From a virus: a stretch of DNA of 64,000 bases. Positions 18,001 through 28,771 of the stretch are shown one piece after another. The stretch lies in IMG/VR virus record IMGVR_UViG_3300014835_000095; one strand, given 5' to 3'. Position numbers and translations under genes: made by a program. A model generated the notes under the pieces. It searched no databases, had not been told where the DNA came from, and saw only the letters and a list, made by a program, of their open reading frames with translations. Positions within the stretch are counted from its first letter, which is position 1; every line of letters starts with the position of its first letter.

Positions 18001-20238
18001 TTAAAGTTTACAAGCACCACCAGCACATCCATCATCTATTTCATCACTTGAACCATCATTCACTTGACAATAATATAAGGTTTTTAATCCCAATTTATAA
18101 GCCAAAAATAAATCTTCTACCAATCTCGACATAGTTATTTCTCCTTTAGATGGATCATAACTAGTATTAGCAGAAATGCTTTGATCGACATATTTCTGAA
18201 ACACTGCTACAGTTTTAAGATAATCTTTACTATCTACTTCCCACAATGTTTGATAGGCATGATTTAATTTATTATATTCAGGAACTACTTGTGGTAGGAC
18301 TCCATCTTTAGATCCTTTAATAGTCAACAAAGAGCGGGGTGGTTCTATACCATTAGTTTCATTAGAAAGTGATGCACTTGTTTCTGCAGGAAATAATGCC
18401 ATCAAAACTGCATTTCTAATACCATATTTTTTCAAATCTAACCTAAGAGTGTCCCAATCCATCAATTCAGAATTTACATCAATTTTAGACAAATCTCTTG
18501 GTATAATGCCATCAGAATACATCGTTGAAATTTGTAATGGACCAAACTCTTTAGCTAAATCGTTAGATGCTTGAGTGAGATAATAAGCCTGCTTTTCCAT
18601 TAAGGTTTCTGTTAATTCTAATGATATATCAGACCCCCAAACATTTCTAGATTTAGCCAACCAATGTGCATATCCAATGATACCTACACCCAAAGGTCTA
18701 TATAACATAGTTGCTCTTTCTGCTGCATCAACTGGATAATCCTGATAATCTAACACAGAATCTAATGCACGGATAGTCATTTGACAGCAATCTTTTAAAA
18801 TAAGTTCTTCTTTTTCTGTTAAACTATTTGAAAATTTACCCCAATTAATAGCAGCAAGAGTACATAATGGTAACAATGATTCTTCACCACCTAATGGTTT
18901 AGATGAAATCAAAATTTCTTGACATAAATTACTGAAATATATAGGGCTTTTTAAAGGTGAACTTTTATTCACGTTATCTGCGTTGAAGATATAGATACGA
19001 CCAGTTTCATATCGTTCTGTCATTATTTTAGTAAAGAATTCCATTGCAGAAATAGTTTTCTTTGTTACTTTATTGGAAGATTCGTATTTTACATACAATT
19101 CTTCAAACACAGAAAGATCTTTACTATAAAATGCTTCATATAGATCTGGAACTTCATCTGGACTAAAAAGGGTAATATTTTTACCATCAATCAATCTTTG
19201 ATAAAGAGTCTCATTTAGAGCGATAGAATAATCCATAGTTCTAACTCTAGTTTCCTCAGTACCTTTGTTGTTCTTAAGTTCAATCAATCTATCAAATTCT
19301 AAATGCCAACCCGGAAATGATGATGTACAACTCGCCCCACGTAAGGAACCTTGAGAAACGGATTTTAATGCAGCATTGAATAATTTTGTAAAGGGTATTA
19401 CTCCGGTAGTAATAGCATCACCATTTCTAACAGGTTGTCCAAGAGATCTTAATCTCCCAATATTTAAACCAATGCCAGCCTTTCTTGATGCATAATCTAC
19501 GATGGCTTTAGATGTAGAATTGATAGAGTTTAATGAATCACCACAATCAATAATAGTACAAGACGAAAATTGTTTAACATTAGTTCTTAATCCAGCCATG
19601 ATAGGTGTAGGCAAAGAAATATAATGTCGACTCACTAAATCATAAAACTTTTTAATCCATTCCATCCTAGTTTCTTTTGGATAATGTGCAAATAGAATCA
19701 CTGGAACCATGATATATGGAAATTGAAATGACTCATATAACTGTTTAGTTTTACGATTCTGCACTAGGTATTTCTTACGCATTTGTTCAGAACCACAATA
19801 TTTGAATAAATCATCTCTATCATGATCTATCATGTCGTTTATTTGATCAAATTCTTTTGTAGTATAATGATTAATAATATCTTCATTATATACTCCAGCA
19901 GAAATGTTTCTTTTTAGAACAACCGACAAATGAGGTGGATTGTTATCATTGAATGCTTCTTTTCTCACAGCTAACCATACCAATCTTGCTGCTACTTGAT
20001 CATAGTTTGGAGTTTCTTCTGTTATTAGATCCGCAGATGCTTTAATAAGCATTTCATGAATATCTTTAGTTTTAATTTTACTATGGAAATGTGGATTAGC
20101 TTGCATTTCAATTTGTGATACAGATACCCCCTTTATTGGGGGGAAAACACCATCACCATTACATGCCCAATCTACTACTGCATGTATTTTATCCAGAGTC
20201 ATTTCTTCTAAACTCCCACTACGCTTTGTTACTACCAT
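18001..20238 (-). CDS. nrdA: Ribonucleotide reductase class Ia alpha subunit
   Basis: ATP-cone VTKRSG, FSSCT, SNLCQEI, LCTLAAINW, GLKTLYY; no intein. Confidence 0.97.
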   Translation of the reverse strand: MVVTKRSGSLEEMTLDKIHAVVDWACNGDGVFPPIKGVSVSQIEMQANPHFHSKIKTKDIHEMLIKASADLITEETPNYDQVAARLVWLAVRKEAFNDNNPPHLSVVLKRNISAGVYNEDIINHYTTKEFDQINDMIDHDRDDLFKYCGSEQMRKKYLVQNRKTKQLYESFQFPYIMVPVILFAHYPKETRMEWIKKFYDLVSRHYISLPTPIMAGLRTNVKQFSSCTIIDCGDSLNSINSTSKAIVDYASRKAGIGLNIGRLRSLGQPVRNGDAITTGVIPFTKLFNAALKSVSQGSLRGASCTSSFPGWHLEFDRLIELKNNKGTEETRVRTMDYSIALNETLYQRLIDGKNITLFSPDEVPDLYEAFYSKDLSVFEELYVKYESSNKVTKKTISAMEFFTKIMTERYETGRIYIFNADNVNKSSPLKSPIYFSNLCQEILISSKPLGGEESLLPLCTLAAINWGKFSNSLTEKEELILKDCCQMTIRALDSVLDYQDYPVDAAERATMLYRPLGVGIIGYAHWLAKSRNVWGSDISLELTETLMEKQAYYLTQASNDLAKEFGPLQISTMYSDGIIPRDLSKIDVNSELMDWDTLRLDLKKYGIRNAVLMALFPAETSASLSNETNGIEPPRSLLTIKGSKDGVLPQVVPEYNKLNHAYQTLWEVDSKDYLKTVAVFQKYVDQSISANTSYDPSKGEITMSRLVEDLFLAYKLGLKTLYYCQVNDGSSDEIDDGCAGGACKL

Positions 20239-20514
20239 AGTAATTCCTTATAAATATTAATTTTATAATGTCAAAAAAAGTGAAATTGATATGAATATTA
20301 TTGCTACAAAAAAACATGGGAACAATACTCCACTTATCATATAGCTGCATTTTAGTATGCAATATATTGGGGATATTAGTATTTGTCATATTTTCTCTCA
20401 TTGGGTTTTTTCTCATTTCTGTTTTTATTTGTTTCATTATATTCTTTTGTACCACATTATGTATTATTAATGGTGGAGCATTTAAGTGACAGAATGCTCC
20501 ACCAGAATAATTAT

Positions 20515-20925
20515 TTAAAGATCATTATCAGCACGATTTTCTGAAAAATAAGGATTAAATTTTCCACCAGGATAACGTGATTCTAGTTTACGAACATTCT
20601 CTGCAAATACTTCATTTAGATTAATCCCCAATGCTCTAGTAGCATTAGTTAAATACCATGCAATATCAGAAAGTTCTCTCAGCATATGGTGATGGATTTC
20701 ATCTGAAAATGGTTTACCCTGGAAGATCATTTTCTTGACGATTTCTGTAAATTCTCCAGATTCTGCTGATAATCCCACTGCAGCAGTTAATAACAAAGAC
20801 ACATTACAGCCATCACCCTCCAACTTTCTAATGCGATCAATCATTAATTCAGTTGAGTTTGATTCGTCTGAAGTAACAGCTTCTACAAATTTGGAATATT
20901 CTTTTAAATCAATTTTTTGCATCAT
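20515..20925 (-). CDS. MazG-like NTP pyrophosphohydrolase
   Basis: GLSAESGEFTEIVKK, ELSDIAWY, NVRKLESRYP. Confidence 0.9.
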   Translation of the reverse strand: MMQKIDLKEYSKFVEAVTSDESNSTELMIDRIRKLEGDGCNVSLLLTAAVGLSAESGEFTEIVKKMIFQGKPFSDEIHHHMLRELSDIAWYLTNATRALGINLNEVFAENVRKLESRYPGGKFNPYFSENRADNDL

Positions 20926-21012
20926 TATATATCTCCAAGAGTTAAGTATTCATTATATCTTATATATCTAAATTAGTCAATATACTCCCAAGCTTACATC
21001 CAAGTCGTCAAT

Positions 21013-21630
21013 TTAAGACATGTCACCATCACAGTTTGACCAAAAAAAGTAAGGATTTTCTTTAGTTAAAAAAGATTCTATTGAATGAATAGTTCTATCT
21101 GTTAGATCAACCTCAAACACTGTATTAGGTTCTAAACTTTCAGAATTGGCAAATTTAGTTGAAGATATATCCATTTTGTTGTTGATGAATAAAGGGCATA
21201 TTTCATTGCGAAAAAGGTATAGTTTATTTTTTCTATACAGCACACAAGCAAACGATCCATCTATTACAGAGAGAACAGACCAACCTTCTGTAATTATCCT
21301 TTGAAGCAACCATTCGGTATCCCAAACATTTTTATCAAGGTTGTTTTGTTTAATAATACCATTGTGCCATAACAAAACATCTTCTATCTCCGATGGATGA
21401 ATGTTATTTGTGTTTGTAGTAGGTGCTTGTGCATGACCAATATAGAACATACCATCTATATGGTTATCTAGGTATTCCTTTTCAAACTTTCCCGAATACT
21501 TGTTTAGTTGTTGTAATTCACTATTCGTATTGAAAGAACTTATAGAGGTACTAATTTCACCTCTATAAGAATTCAATTCAAATAGTGCTATAGTAGTTTC
21601 TTTACTAAACGAACCAACGATAGCACACAT
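21013..21630 (-). CDS. Class II glutamine amidotransferase (Gat) adjacent to QueC
   Basis: N-terminal MCAIVG, RG, GHAQAPT, HP, LWHNGII, DTE. Confidence 0.85.
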   Translation of the reverse strand: MCAIVGSFSKETTIALFELNSYRGEISTSISSFNTNSELQQLNKYSGKFEKEYLDNHIDGMFYIGHAQAPTTNTNNIHPSEIEDVLLWHNGIIKQNNLDKNVWDTEWLLQRIITEGWSVLSVIDGSFACVLYRKNKLYLFRNEICPLFINNKMDISSTKFANSESLEPNTVFEVDLTDRTIHSIESFLTKENPYFFWSNCDGDMS

Positions 21631-21632
21631 AG

Positions 21633-22385
21633 TTATTCTTTGATAAGATTAAACCAAGGGATAGCCAATGAATAGGGAATAGGATCTATCTCTTTAACAT
21701 CAGCAAAGTTTTTAATCCTTTCTGCACAAGACGGACATTTTCCACAAGATCTACCTTTGTCGTCAGGATTATAACAAGTTAAAGTAAGTGACATTAAATG
21801 TAATTCTCCGTCCAATTCTCGTAGAACTTCCAATTCCTGTTTTTTACTTAACAAGTTAAATGGAGCAACTAACTTGATTTTAACTTTACGATTTTCAGAA
21901 AAAATAGAATTCATCTTTTCTACGAACCTTGCTGTAGTATCCCAATAACCATATTCATCATGAACTTGTAATCCTGTTACAATAGTATCAACACCTTGTA
22001 CCTCAGCATATGCCGCTGCAATAGACATCAATATCATATTACGATTAGGAACATAGGTAATAGGAGTTGCATCACCAATAACATCTTGGATAGTAGGCAT
22101 ATCAATACTCTTATCTACATTTGCAGAGAAGCCTTGAGAGATATCACCTAGAAAGGAAGCATCTACTATCTTATGGTTCACATGAAGTCTTTTTGTACTC
22201 TCTTTAGCCTTTTCAATTTCAAACACTTGTTTTTGACCGTAGTCAAAAGTGATAGCAGAAACATTCTTAAACCCATACTTTTCAACAGCCAATCTCATTG
22301 CAATAGTAGAGTCCATACCACCAGATAAAACTACAACACAACCTTTAGTTTCTGGTAATAATTCTAAAATTTCATTTATATTCAT
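21633..22385 (-). CDS. queC: 7-cyano-7-deazaguanine synthase
   Basis: VLSGGMDST, FDYGQK, TYVPNRN, TLTCY, CGKCPSCAER. Confidence 0.95.
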   Translation of the reverse strand: MNINEILELLPETKGCVVVLSGGMDSTIAMRLAVEKYGFKNVSAITFDYGQKQVFEIEKAKESTKRLHVNHKIVDASFLGDISQGFSANVDKSIDMPTIQDVIGDATPITYVPNRNMILMSIAAAYAEVQGVDTIVTGLQVHDEYGYWDTTARFVEKMNSIFSENRKVKIKLVAPFNLLSKKQELEVLRELDGELHLMSLTLTCYNPDDKGRSCGKCPSCAERIKNFADVKEIDPIPYSLAIPWFNLIKE

Positions 22386-22404
22386 ATTATATCCTAGTTA
22401 AACT

Positions 22405-23727
22405 TCAAAAAAAACTATCTAAGTTAAAAATCATACTATGGTCACTTTCAATTCGTTCAATTCTATTAGATTTTAGATAATTAATAACTTTACTTCTATG
22501 ACTATTATACCACAAATCTCCAGAATTACAATGTTTTTCTAAATATTTTATTATTTGACATCCACTTATTTTTGAGGATTCATACTTATAATCAACATCA
22601 TCAATACACTTATCAATAACACTAATGAAATTTTGAACAGAATATAAACTAGCACAAAGTCTTACAGCTTGACAACAGTCTATATTATTTTGATCTTTAG
22701 TAGGGGATAGGTATAAACTTTTTGATGTAGACAAATCTTCAGTCACAATATGATTCCATTCATCCCTAGTAACATTCAAATGTTTTTTGATATGTTCTTC
22801 AAATCTATCATACACTTTTCCAAAAATCTCTTTAGATTTTGTACTACGTGATTTCGTACCAAAGTTAAACACTTTCAAATTTTCTTCTATTACTCCACCC
22901 ATTATAAATCTACTAGAATGACTTGTTGAATCATAACTGATAGTGTAATCGGAAAACATTCCGTTTCGTTTTAACATGATGATTGGTAGAAGTCTGCTCA
23001 CAGACCCATAACCTAAGAAATGTAAATGTTTTCCCATTTCAGGAGGAATGTCTAAACAATCAAAAGCATAACATGAATCTAAAACCTCTAAAATACCAAT
23101 ACCAATAGCACTACCGGCAATAGCAAATCCCCCAACCTCTTTATAATTTTCGGGTGAAATTTGACTCTTAATAGCCTCAAAGTAATCAATGAAATCTTGT
23201 TTTGAGTTACCTTGAATTACTATTAATGGTTTTGTATGAAATAATGAAGTATCTCTGTTGTTTTTAAAATATTCAATTTGTTGTTGAACATATTTTCCTG
23301 AAGTGATACCACATTCTATATTCCTAGAAACTTCAAATTTTTTTACAGACATGTCTATTTTACCAGAACCAACCCCAACAATTTTAATAGGAATACTATC
23401 AAAACTCATTGCTATATGTGATGCCTGTGCTTGTACTTTAAAAATATCTTCAGCAATTTTGGGTGTTATAGATTTACCTTGATGCATCATTTGTAACCCA
23501 CCGGAATCCGTATGAATAGATTTTATACTATCACTATAAGGAGTAATCCAGTCAACAGCACTTTTCTCTGTCAAAGCATTATATAACAATCCAAGTTTAT
23601 GGGAATCTCTATGCCCATTAGTTTGGGCTAAAATGTCTTTGGCTAATTCAACTAAAACTGGTCTATCAAACCAAGGTTTAGTTTGTAATTTAGTCATAGA
23701 CACACCGGACATAATATATTCAAACAT
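22405..23727 (-). CDS. dpdA: TGT-fold DNA deoxyguanine transglycosylase (DpdA-like)
   Basis: DSGGLQ, SFDSIP, VIQG, HLHFLG, SYDSTS; embedded in the que cluster. Confidence 0.8.
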   Translation of the reverse strand: MFEYIMSGVSMTKLQTKPWFDRPVLVELAKDILAQTNGHRDSHKLGLLYNALTEKSAVDWITPYSDSIKSIHTDSGGLQMMHQGKSITPKIAEDIFKVQAQASHIAMSFDSIPIKIVGVGSGKIDMSVKKFEVSRNIECGITSGKYVQQQIEYFKNNRDTSLFHTKPLIVIQGNSKQDFIDYFEAIKSQISPENYKEVGGFAIAGSAIGIGILEVLDSCYAFDCLDIPPEMGKHLHFLGYGSVSRLLPIIMLKRNGMFSDYTISYDSTSHSSRFIMGGVIEENLKVFNFGTKSRSTKSKEIFGKVYDRFEEHIKKHLNVTRDEWNHIVTEDLSTSKSLYLSPTKDQNNIDCCQAVRLCASLYSVQNFISVIDKCIDDVDYKYESSKISGCQIIKYLEKHCNSGDLWYNSHRSKVINYLKSNRIERIESDHSMIFNLDSFF

Positions 23728-24413
23728 TAAATACTCCGTACAATAGACATAAATTCAGACCTTACCATTGGATCTGTTTTAAATACACCACCTACCTTAG
23801 AAGTAATAGTCCTTGAACCTACATCTTCAACGCCTCTACTTTTAACACAAAAGTGCTGTGCATCTATTACTACTGCAATATCATCAGTACCTAAAATATA
23901 TTGAAGAGCATGGTAAACTTGTTCAGTTAGTCTTTCTTGTATCTGAGGACGTTTAGAGAAATATTCAACTACTCTATTGATCTTAGATAACCCTAATACT
24001 GTATCACTAGGAATATAGGCAACAGTAGCAAAACCGTCAATCACTACTAAATGATGTTCACAGTTAGATTGAACATTAATGTTCTTCTCTATAACCATTT
24101 CATCATATTGCATCTTGTTATTAACTGTGGTACACTTTGGGAATGCTTCATAGTCTAACCCCCAAAATATTTCCCCTACATACATTTTGGCAACTCGTTT
24201 AGGTGTATCCATTAGACTATCATCAGATAGATCTAAACCCAATGTTTCCATAATATCTCTAAACTTGGTTGAGATAGTATCTATCTTATTTGATCTGGAT
24301 ATGCCATTAGGAACCATAGGTGTCTCGACACCTTTAGATACCAGGTGGTTGTGTATTTCTAACCCTAAAGCAGCGTCGCATTTTATTTTATTGTGACTCA
24401 TTTTACACTCCAT
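23727..24413 (-). CDS. folE: GTP cyclohydrolase I
   Basis: DTPKRVAKM, SNCEHH, LGLSKINR, PQIQERLT, HFCVKSRG. Confidence 0.97.
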   Translation of the reverse strand: MECKMSHNKIKCDAALGLEIHNHLVSKGVETPMVPNGISRSNKIDTISTKFRDIMETLGLDLSDDSLMDTPKRVAKMYVGEIFWGLDYEAFPKCTTVNNKMQYDEMVIEKNINVQSNCEHHLVVIDGFATVAYIPSDTVLGLSKINRVVEYFSKRPQIQERLTEQVYHALQYILGTDDIAVVIDAQHFCVKSRGVEDVGSRTITSKVGGVFKTDPMVRSEFMSIVRSI

Positions 24414-24436
24414 AAACTGTTAATGTTATTTACTGC

Positions 24437-24961
24437 CTACCCAGAATAGCTACAATGGCTCTTTTTAGTTTCCCACAACTCCAACGATTCAACTTTAGCG
24501 ATATCTCCTATTTTAGATTGTGCGTATATTTTTAAATACTTACAGATGTTTTCGCTTGTTGGTACAAAATCAACTAATACAAAACTATTGCGATGCAACG
24601 ACAGATTAGTATCCTCAACATTATACGCTTCATTTAGATTCATAAAGTTCCAAGTTGTATCTGGCACCTTAGATCCTGTAATGAGTTCAAAGTTTGGATC
24701 ATTAATATCAATCATAAACTTATGATCCAGAACATCATCTACAAACTGCTTCATGAAGTTAAGATTCTTAAAATCAGTAACCATTTGGCTATGGTCTAAC
24801 TCGTCTGCTCCCAAAAACACCTTAATGGTATAACTATGACCATGTAGATGTTTACAAGCACATTCCGTAGATAAACTCAAATCCGGTCTATCTAGTTTCT
24901 GAGCCCATACACGATGGCCCATTTCAAAGGAAAACTCTTTATCTATAATCCATTTACTCAT
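24437..24961 (-). CDS. queD: 6-carboxytetrahydropterin synthase
   Basis: FEMGHR, CKHLHGHSY, DHKF, PTSEN, LWETKKS. Confidence 0.93.
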   Translation of the reverse strand: MSKWIIDKEFSFEMGHRVWAQKLDRPDLSLSTECACKHLHGHSYTIKVFLGADELDHSQMVTDFKNLNFMKQFVDDVLDHKFMIDINDPNFELITGSKVPDTTWNFMNLNEAYNVEDTNLSLHRNSFVLVDFVPTSENICKYLKIYAQSKIGDIAKVESLELWETKKSHCSYSG

Positions 24962-25836
24962 TATCTATTCCTATCGTCAGACCATATGTAAGTATGGTTT
25001 CTTGTTGCTATTTTAAATCCTAGTTGCTGATACTTTTCAACAATAGGGGCTATTTGTAACTGATCTTCTCTAGTAGAACCTAAAGGCATTACCCAATATT
25101 CATATTGTGAACTGCTATTATACATCAGTTTCTCTACAAAGTAAAGGAGTTCTGTTTCACATTCCTCAGATGCATCTGCCACAAACTTCAATTGACCCGG
25201 AAAGGCATCTAATATTTTAGTAATATTTTCAACATTAACTGCCAGTAATTCACCACTAACAGTCTTTAGTTTAGGACTAATGGAAAAGAACGGGATTACA
25301 TTCGTGTTATGTATCAACCAACGATAAAAGTCTTCTGTTAGAATTTGGGTACTATTAGTTTCCATAGTAAAATGAACTATTTCATTATCTAGTGCAAACA
25401 TTGAAACCACTTCTTGTATCATCTTTTGATACACCTTCAGAAGAGGTTCACCGCCAGTAAAAACTAAATGGATATCATTGCCAGTTAAAGGGTGTACTAA
25501 AGAACCTGACGGATTATGTTTATCCGTAATCACATTTTTTAAGTTATCATACACTTCTTGTGAAGTATAAGATTGATGTTGATTCTTAAAAGAAGGATTC
25601 CATGAGTATTCTGTATCGCACGGGAATCCTAAACACTTAAGATTACAACCAAAGGATCTTACCCATATACTAGGTGTTCCAGCATAATGCCCCTCCCCTT
25701 GTATGCTTAGAAAGCCGACCTCAGAAAGTCTATATCTAATATCACTGTTTTTTATCATTTCATTTTTCCCATCGTTATTAACACATCCACTTTCAGTAAT
25801 TTGCTTAACTTCTTTTGCAATGAGATTATCCATCAC
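24961..25836 (-). CDS. queE: 7-carboxy-7-deazaguanine synthase (radical SAM)
   Basis: SIQGEG, GCNLKCLGFPCDTEYSW, FTGGEPL, ETN, SISPKL. Confidence 0.93.
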   Translation of the reverse strand: MMDNLIAKEVKQITESGCVNNDGKNEMIKNSDIRYRLSEVGFLSIQGEGHYAGTPSIWVRSFGCNLKCLGFPCDTEYSWNPSFKNQHQSYTSQEVYDNLKNVITDKHNPSGSLVHPLTGNDIHLVFTGGEPLLKVYQKMIQEVVSMFALDNEIVHFTMETNSTQILTEDFYRWLIHNTNVIPFFSISPKLKTVSGELLAVNVENITKILDAFPGQLKFVADASEECETELLYFVEKLMYNSSSQYEYWVMPLGSTREDQLQIAPIVEKYQQLGFKIATRNHTYIWSDDRNR

Positions 25837-25863
25837 CGATTTAATTTATGAGTTATTATAACA

Positions 25864-26325
25864 TCACTTATGGTTGGTGTCAACAAAGAATTCCCACGGA
25901 TAAACGATCCAAACAGGATCTGTTTGCTTGTCTATTTTCCAATGATAGAAGTCTGTCTTTATGATACTACCCACATTATATGTGAGAGTAGCAATTTTAA
26001 TGTCAGATGTTGATATGTGCCAGTTATGTAAAATCCAATGTAAAGTCTCACCTGTGTCGTTTATCTCGTCCATAATAAGGATATTCTTGCCGTATTTAGC
26101 ATGTATATCATCAATGTCTAAAGTTTCTTGGATAGTGCCATCTCGTAGTTGAACTGTGACAATCTTACATGGTATGTTGGATATCTTACTAAACAAAGTA
26201 GCTGGTATTGAACCCCCATTAGCAATGCCTATAATAACATCCGGTTTCCATTCTGTGTTATTAATTTGTTCGTGTATGTCTTTTACAGACATTTCTATAT
26301 CTGTCCAACTATAATATTTTTTCAT
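25864..26325 (-). CDS. Type I purine phosphoribosyltransferase
   Basis: IIGIANGG, ILIMDEINDTGETL PRPP motif, WIVYPWE. Confidence 0.88.
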   Translation of the reverse strand: MKKYYSWTDIEMSVKDIHEQINNTEWKPDVIIGIANGGSIPATLFSKISNIPCKIVTVQLRDGTIQETLDIDDIHAKYGKNILIMDEINDTGETLHWILHNWHISTSDIKIATLTYNVGSIIKTDFYHWKIDKQTDPVWIVYPWEFFVDTNHK

Positions 26326-26541
26326 TAGAATTTAAACTCCGATGTTTTTTTGTTTGACTTTATAAATACAATTACATATTTAAATGATGTTGTTTTAAAC
26401 TTTTTTCAAGATATTTTATATTAACCACTGGGTATAGGACAATTTCAATCTAGTAGATTTTTTAATAGTTACATAATCTTTTTTGCTCAAATAGTTGTCA
26501 TTAAATCAACATTATATATTAATTCTTAACTATAGTCAAGT

Positions 26542-27564
26542 TCAAACTTTCCTCCAACTGGCCAATTTTAATGTAGCGGATACCCCTTTAACAGTATTAT
26601 CTAAAATGATTTGTTCCAGTTCTGTAGGTGTCGTTTTTGCCAATATCATTTCATTGATATCTTTACCTACAATATTTTCTGGGAATAAACATACTGAATA
26701 TCCAAGATTAATATATTTTTCAAGTGTTTTTACAATTTGTAAATTCCTAGGTTCATTATCAATTATCAATACAACAACATCTTTATGCTCTCTAGTAAAT
26801 ATGGTATCAAATGAGGATACCCCCCCAGTGGCAATACAATTAGTTAAAAATAATGAATCTAATTGACCTTCAACAACATTAATAGTTTTTGTAATATCAA
26901 CTCGTTCTAACCCGTATATCAAGGCATCATCTGTCAATTTAACAATATGATATCGTAAGAACTCTGCACCAAACGCTCTACCAGACCAACCAATAAGATC
27001 GCCATTTTGATTATATGTAGGTATTACCAATCTTGGTGTGTCTTTATCTATCTTAATCTCTTTATCATTATGTCTTTTACACCACTCAATATACTTAGCA
27101 CAAAAGTATAATTTATCCCAATGTTCTTCTGGTATCAATCTCTTTGCGACATATTGCACAGCAGGATGTGTTTTTGATAATTCTGATAACTTATACAATT
27201 CATCTAGCGGTGATTTGGTTTTAAGATCAAGAGTTCTAGATGGTTTAGGGAATTCCAATTTAGGAACATGGGGGTGTGTTGCATTTGATTTATATTTTTC
27301 TAATATGTATTCGTTATGTAATAATGGATCCAATTCTTTTAAGAAATTAGAAAATGTTGTTGATTTACCACATTTATGACATCTATAAAGTAAAGTCCCT
27401 TTAGTTGTATATAAGTATCCTCTAGCTTTATTTTTTTGTTTAGTGGAATCACCACAATAATTACAAGAGAAATTCCAAACCCCACTGCCTTTGTCTTTAA
27501 AATTTCTTAATCTGAATGATATTCTTGAAACAAATTGAATATCGACATAATATGCTATAGACAT
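26542..27564 (-). CDS. 61: DNA primase gp61
   Basis: FSCNYCGDS..RCHKCG zinc finger; VVEGQLDSLFL TOPRIM; KDINEM. Confidence 0.95.
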   Translation of the reverse strand: MSIAYYVDIQFVSRISFRLRNFKDKGSGVWNFSCNYCGDSTKQKNKARGYLYTTKGTLLYRCHKCGKSTTFSNFLKELDPLLHNEYILEKYKSNATHPHVPKLEFPKPSRTLDLKTKSPLDELYKLSELSKTHPAVQYVAKRLIPEEHWDKLYFCAKYIEWCKRHNDKEIKIDKDTPRLVIPTYNQNGDLIGWSGRAFGAEFLRYHIVKLTDDALIYGLERVDITKTINVVEGQLDSLFLTNCIATGGVSSFDTIFTREHKDVVVLIIDNEPRNLQIVKTLEKYINLGYSVCLFPENIVGKDINEMILAKTTPTELEQIILDNTVKGVSATLKLASWRKV

Positions 27565-27599
27565 TTAATAACCTTATTAATTGTTCAATGAAGTAGAGT

Positions 27600-27758
27600 G
27601 AGTTATCCACTTAACCCACTACAGATATATTATAAGCCTGTTTGGAGCAAAAGTCAACCCCAAAAAGTAAATAAATATTATCATTTAATCAGGAGCAATA
27701 ATGTTATCATTCAAACAATTTTTAAAAGGAGTCTACCTGGTTGAAGCTACAGCTAAAC
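27600..27758. repeat. Long direct repeat, copy 1 (divergent promoter cassette plus gene start)
   Basis: About 160 bp nearly identical to about 52853-53011. Confidence 0.9.
27628..27656 (-). promoter_or_regulatory. Near-consensus sigma70 promoter driving the primase/que cluster
   Basis: TTGACT-17-TATAAT; identical copy at 52882-52910. Confidence 0.85.
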
Positions 27759-28771
27759 ATTTTCCCTTTCTAGATGCCGATAATGAATATCACAAAAAGT
27801 TGATTGATGCTTATAATATGGGACATTCCGCCAATGATCTAGCGGTGCCGAGGAATCCTAGTCAGATAAAATCTATAGAGCAACTTGAAGATGTAGTTCA
27901 GCCACATCTGAAAAAGATTAATCAGAAAGAACAAGAAGATAAAGATGATAAAGCATCCTTTGATCGTGGGGATGCAACTTTAGTCCACCATGATCCAGAA
28001 TCTAAACTCAAGATTTATCGTGTAGACAGTCAACCCGGATCTGTTGCAGCATTAAAAGATATTGGTAAAACTCCACCTTGGTGTACTGCAAAGCGATATG
28101 CCTTAGAAGATGTAGTGAGAAAATATGCTCCAGGTGGTAATGCTTTTATTATTCATAACCCCAAAGCAAAGGAGCCAAATATGAGAGTTATGGGGATTTA
28201 TGGCAGAGAGCATGGTAATACTAGACAGGATATACAAAATCATTATATTGATGATGCAAAATGGAATCAGACACGCAGAGAATTGGGTCTTGATAAAATA
28301 AAATATTTACAGGGTTCTATTGGTAGTATTCCATTGAGTAATGAAAATAGAGAGAAATATGAGAATGAATTATCCAATAGCATTAAAAATAATACTGCTA
28401 AATCTGAAGATATAATACATGCCATTCACAACGATTATCTGTCAAATAATCTTAGAGACAATTTACTTTCCAATACAAATACAAGTCATGTTATATTGCA
28501 TAATCTTGCCGTACATAATGAAGATTCCGAAGTACATAGCGATATAATAAACCACCCAAATGTAAATACTAAAGCATTAAATGCAATTGCAAATAATAGT
28601 TATGATTCAGAAGTGCATAAGATGTTATTAAACCACCCAAAGATAAATCATGTTACTATAAATAATATTGCTAAAAACACAGATGATCCGGAAATATTTA
28701 ATGCAATCTCAAATCACCCTAAAGCTAGCGAATATGCAAAAAAAGATGCTCTTAGGAGTTTGAATAGATAG
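27701..28771 (+). CDS. Putative internal virion protein, WCT domain plus LRV/HEAT-like repeats (paralog 1)
   Basis: MLSFKQFLKGVYLVE; PWCTAKR; about 26-aa repeats with HP; AATAAATA at 27670. Confidence 0.8.
   Translation: MLSFKQFLKGVYLVEATAKHFPFLDADNEYHKKLIDAYNMGHSANDLAVPRNPSQIKSIEQLEDVVQPHLKKINQKEQEDKDDKASFDRGDATLVHHDPESKLKIYRVDSQPGSVAALKDIGKTPPWCTAKRYALEDVVRKYAPGGNAFIIHNPKAKEPNMRVMGIYGREHGNTRQDIQNHYIDDAKWNQTRRELGLDKIKYLQGSIGSIPLSNENREKYENELSNSIKNNTAKSEDIIHAIHNDYLSNNLRDNLLSNTNTSHVILHNLAVHNEDSEVHSDIINHPNVNTKALNAIANNSYDSEVHKMLLNHPKINHVTINNIAKNTDDPEIFNAISNHPKASEYAKKDALRSLNR

Noticed and set aside
20219-20489. Overlapping ORFs upstream of nrdA
   Set aside because: Low-complexity AT-rich sequence, no motifs, overlap on both strands
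26361-26866. Plus-strand TATAAATA and ORF antisense to the primase 3' end
   Set aside because: The 8-mer can occur by chance in this AT-rich DNA and the ORF looks like a shadow
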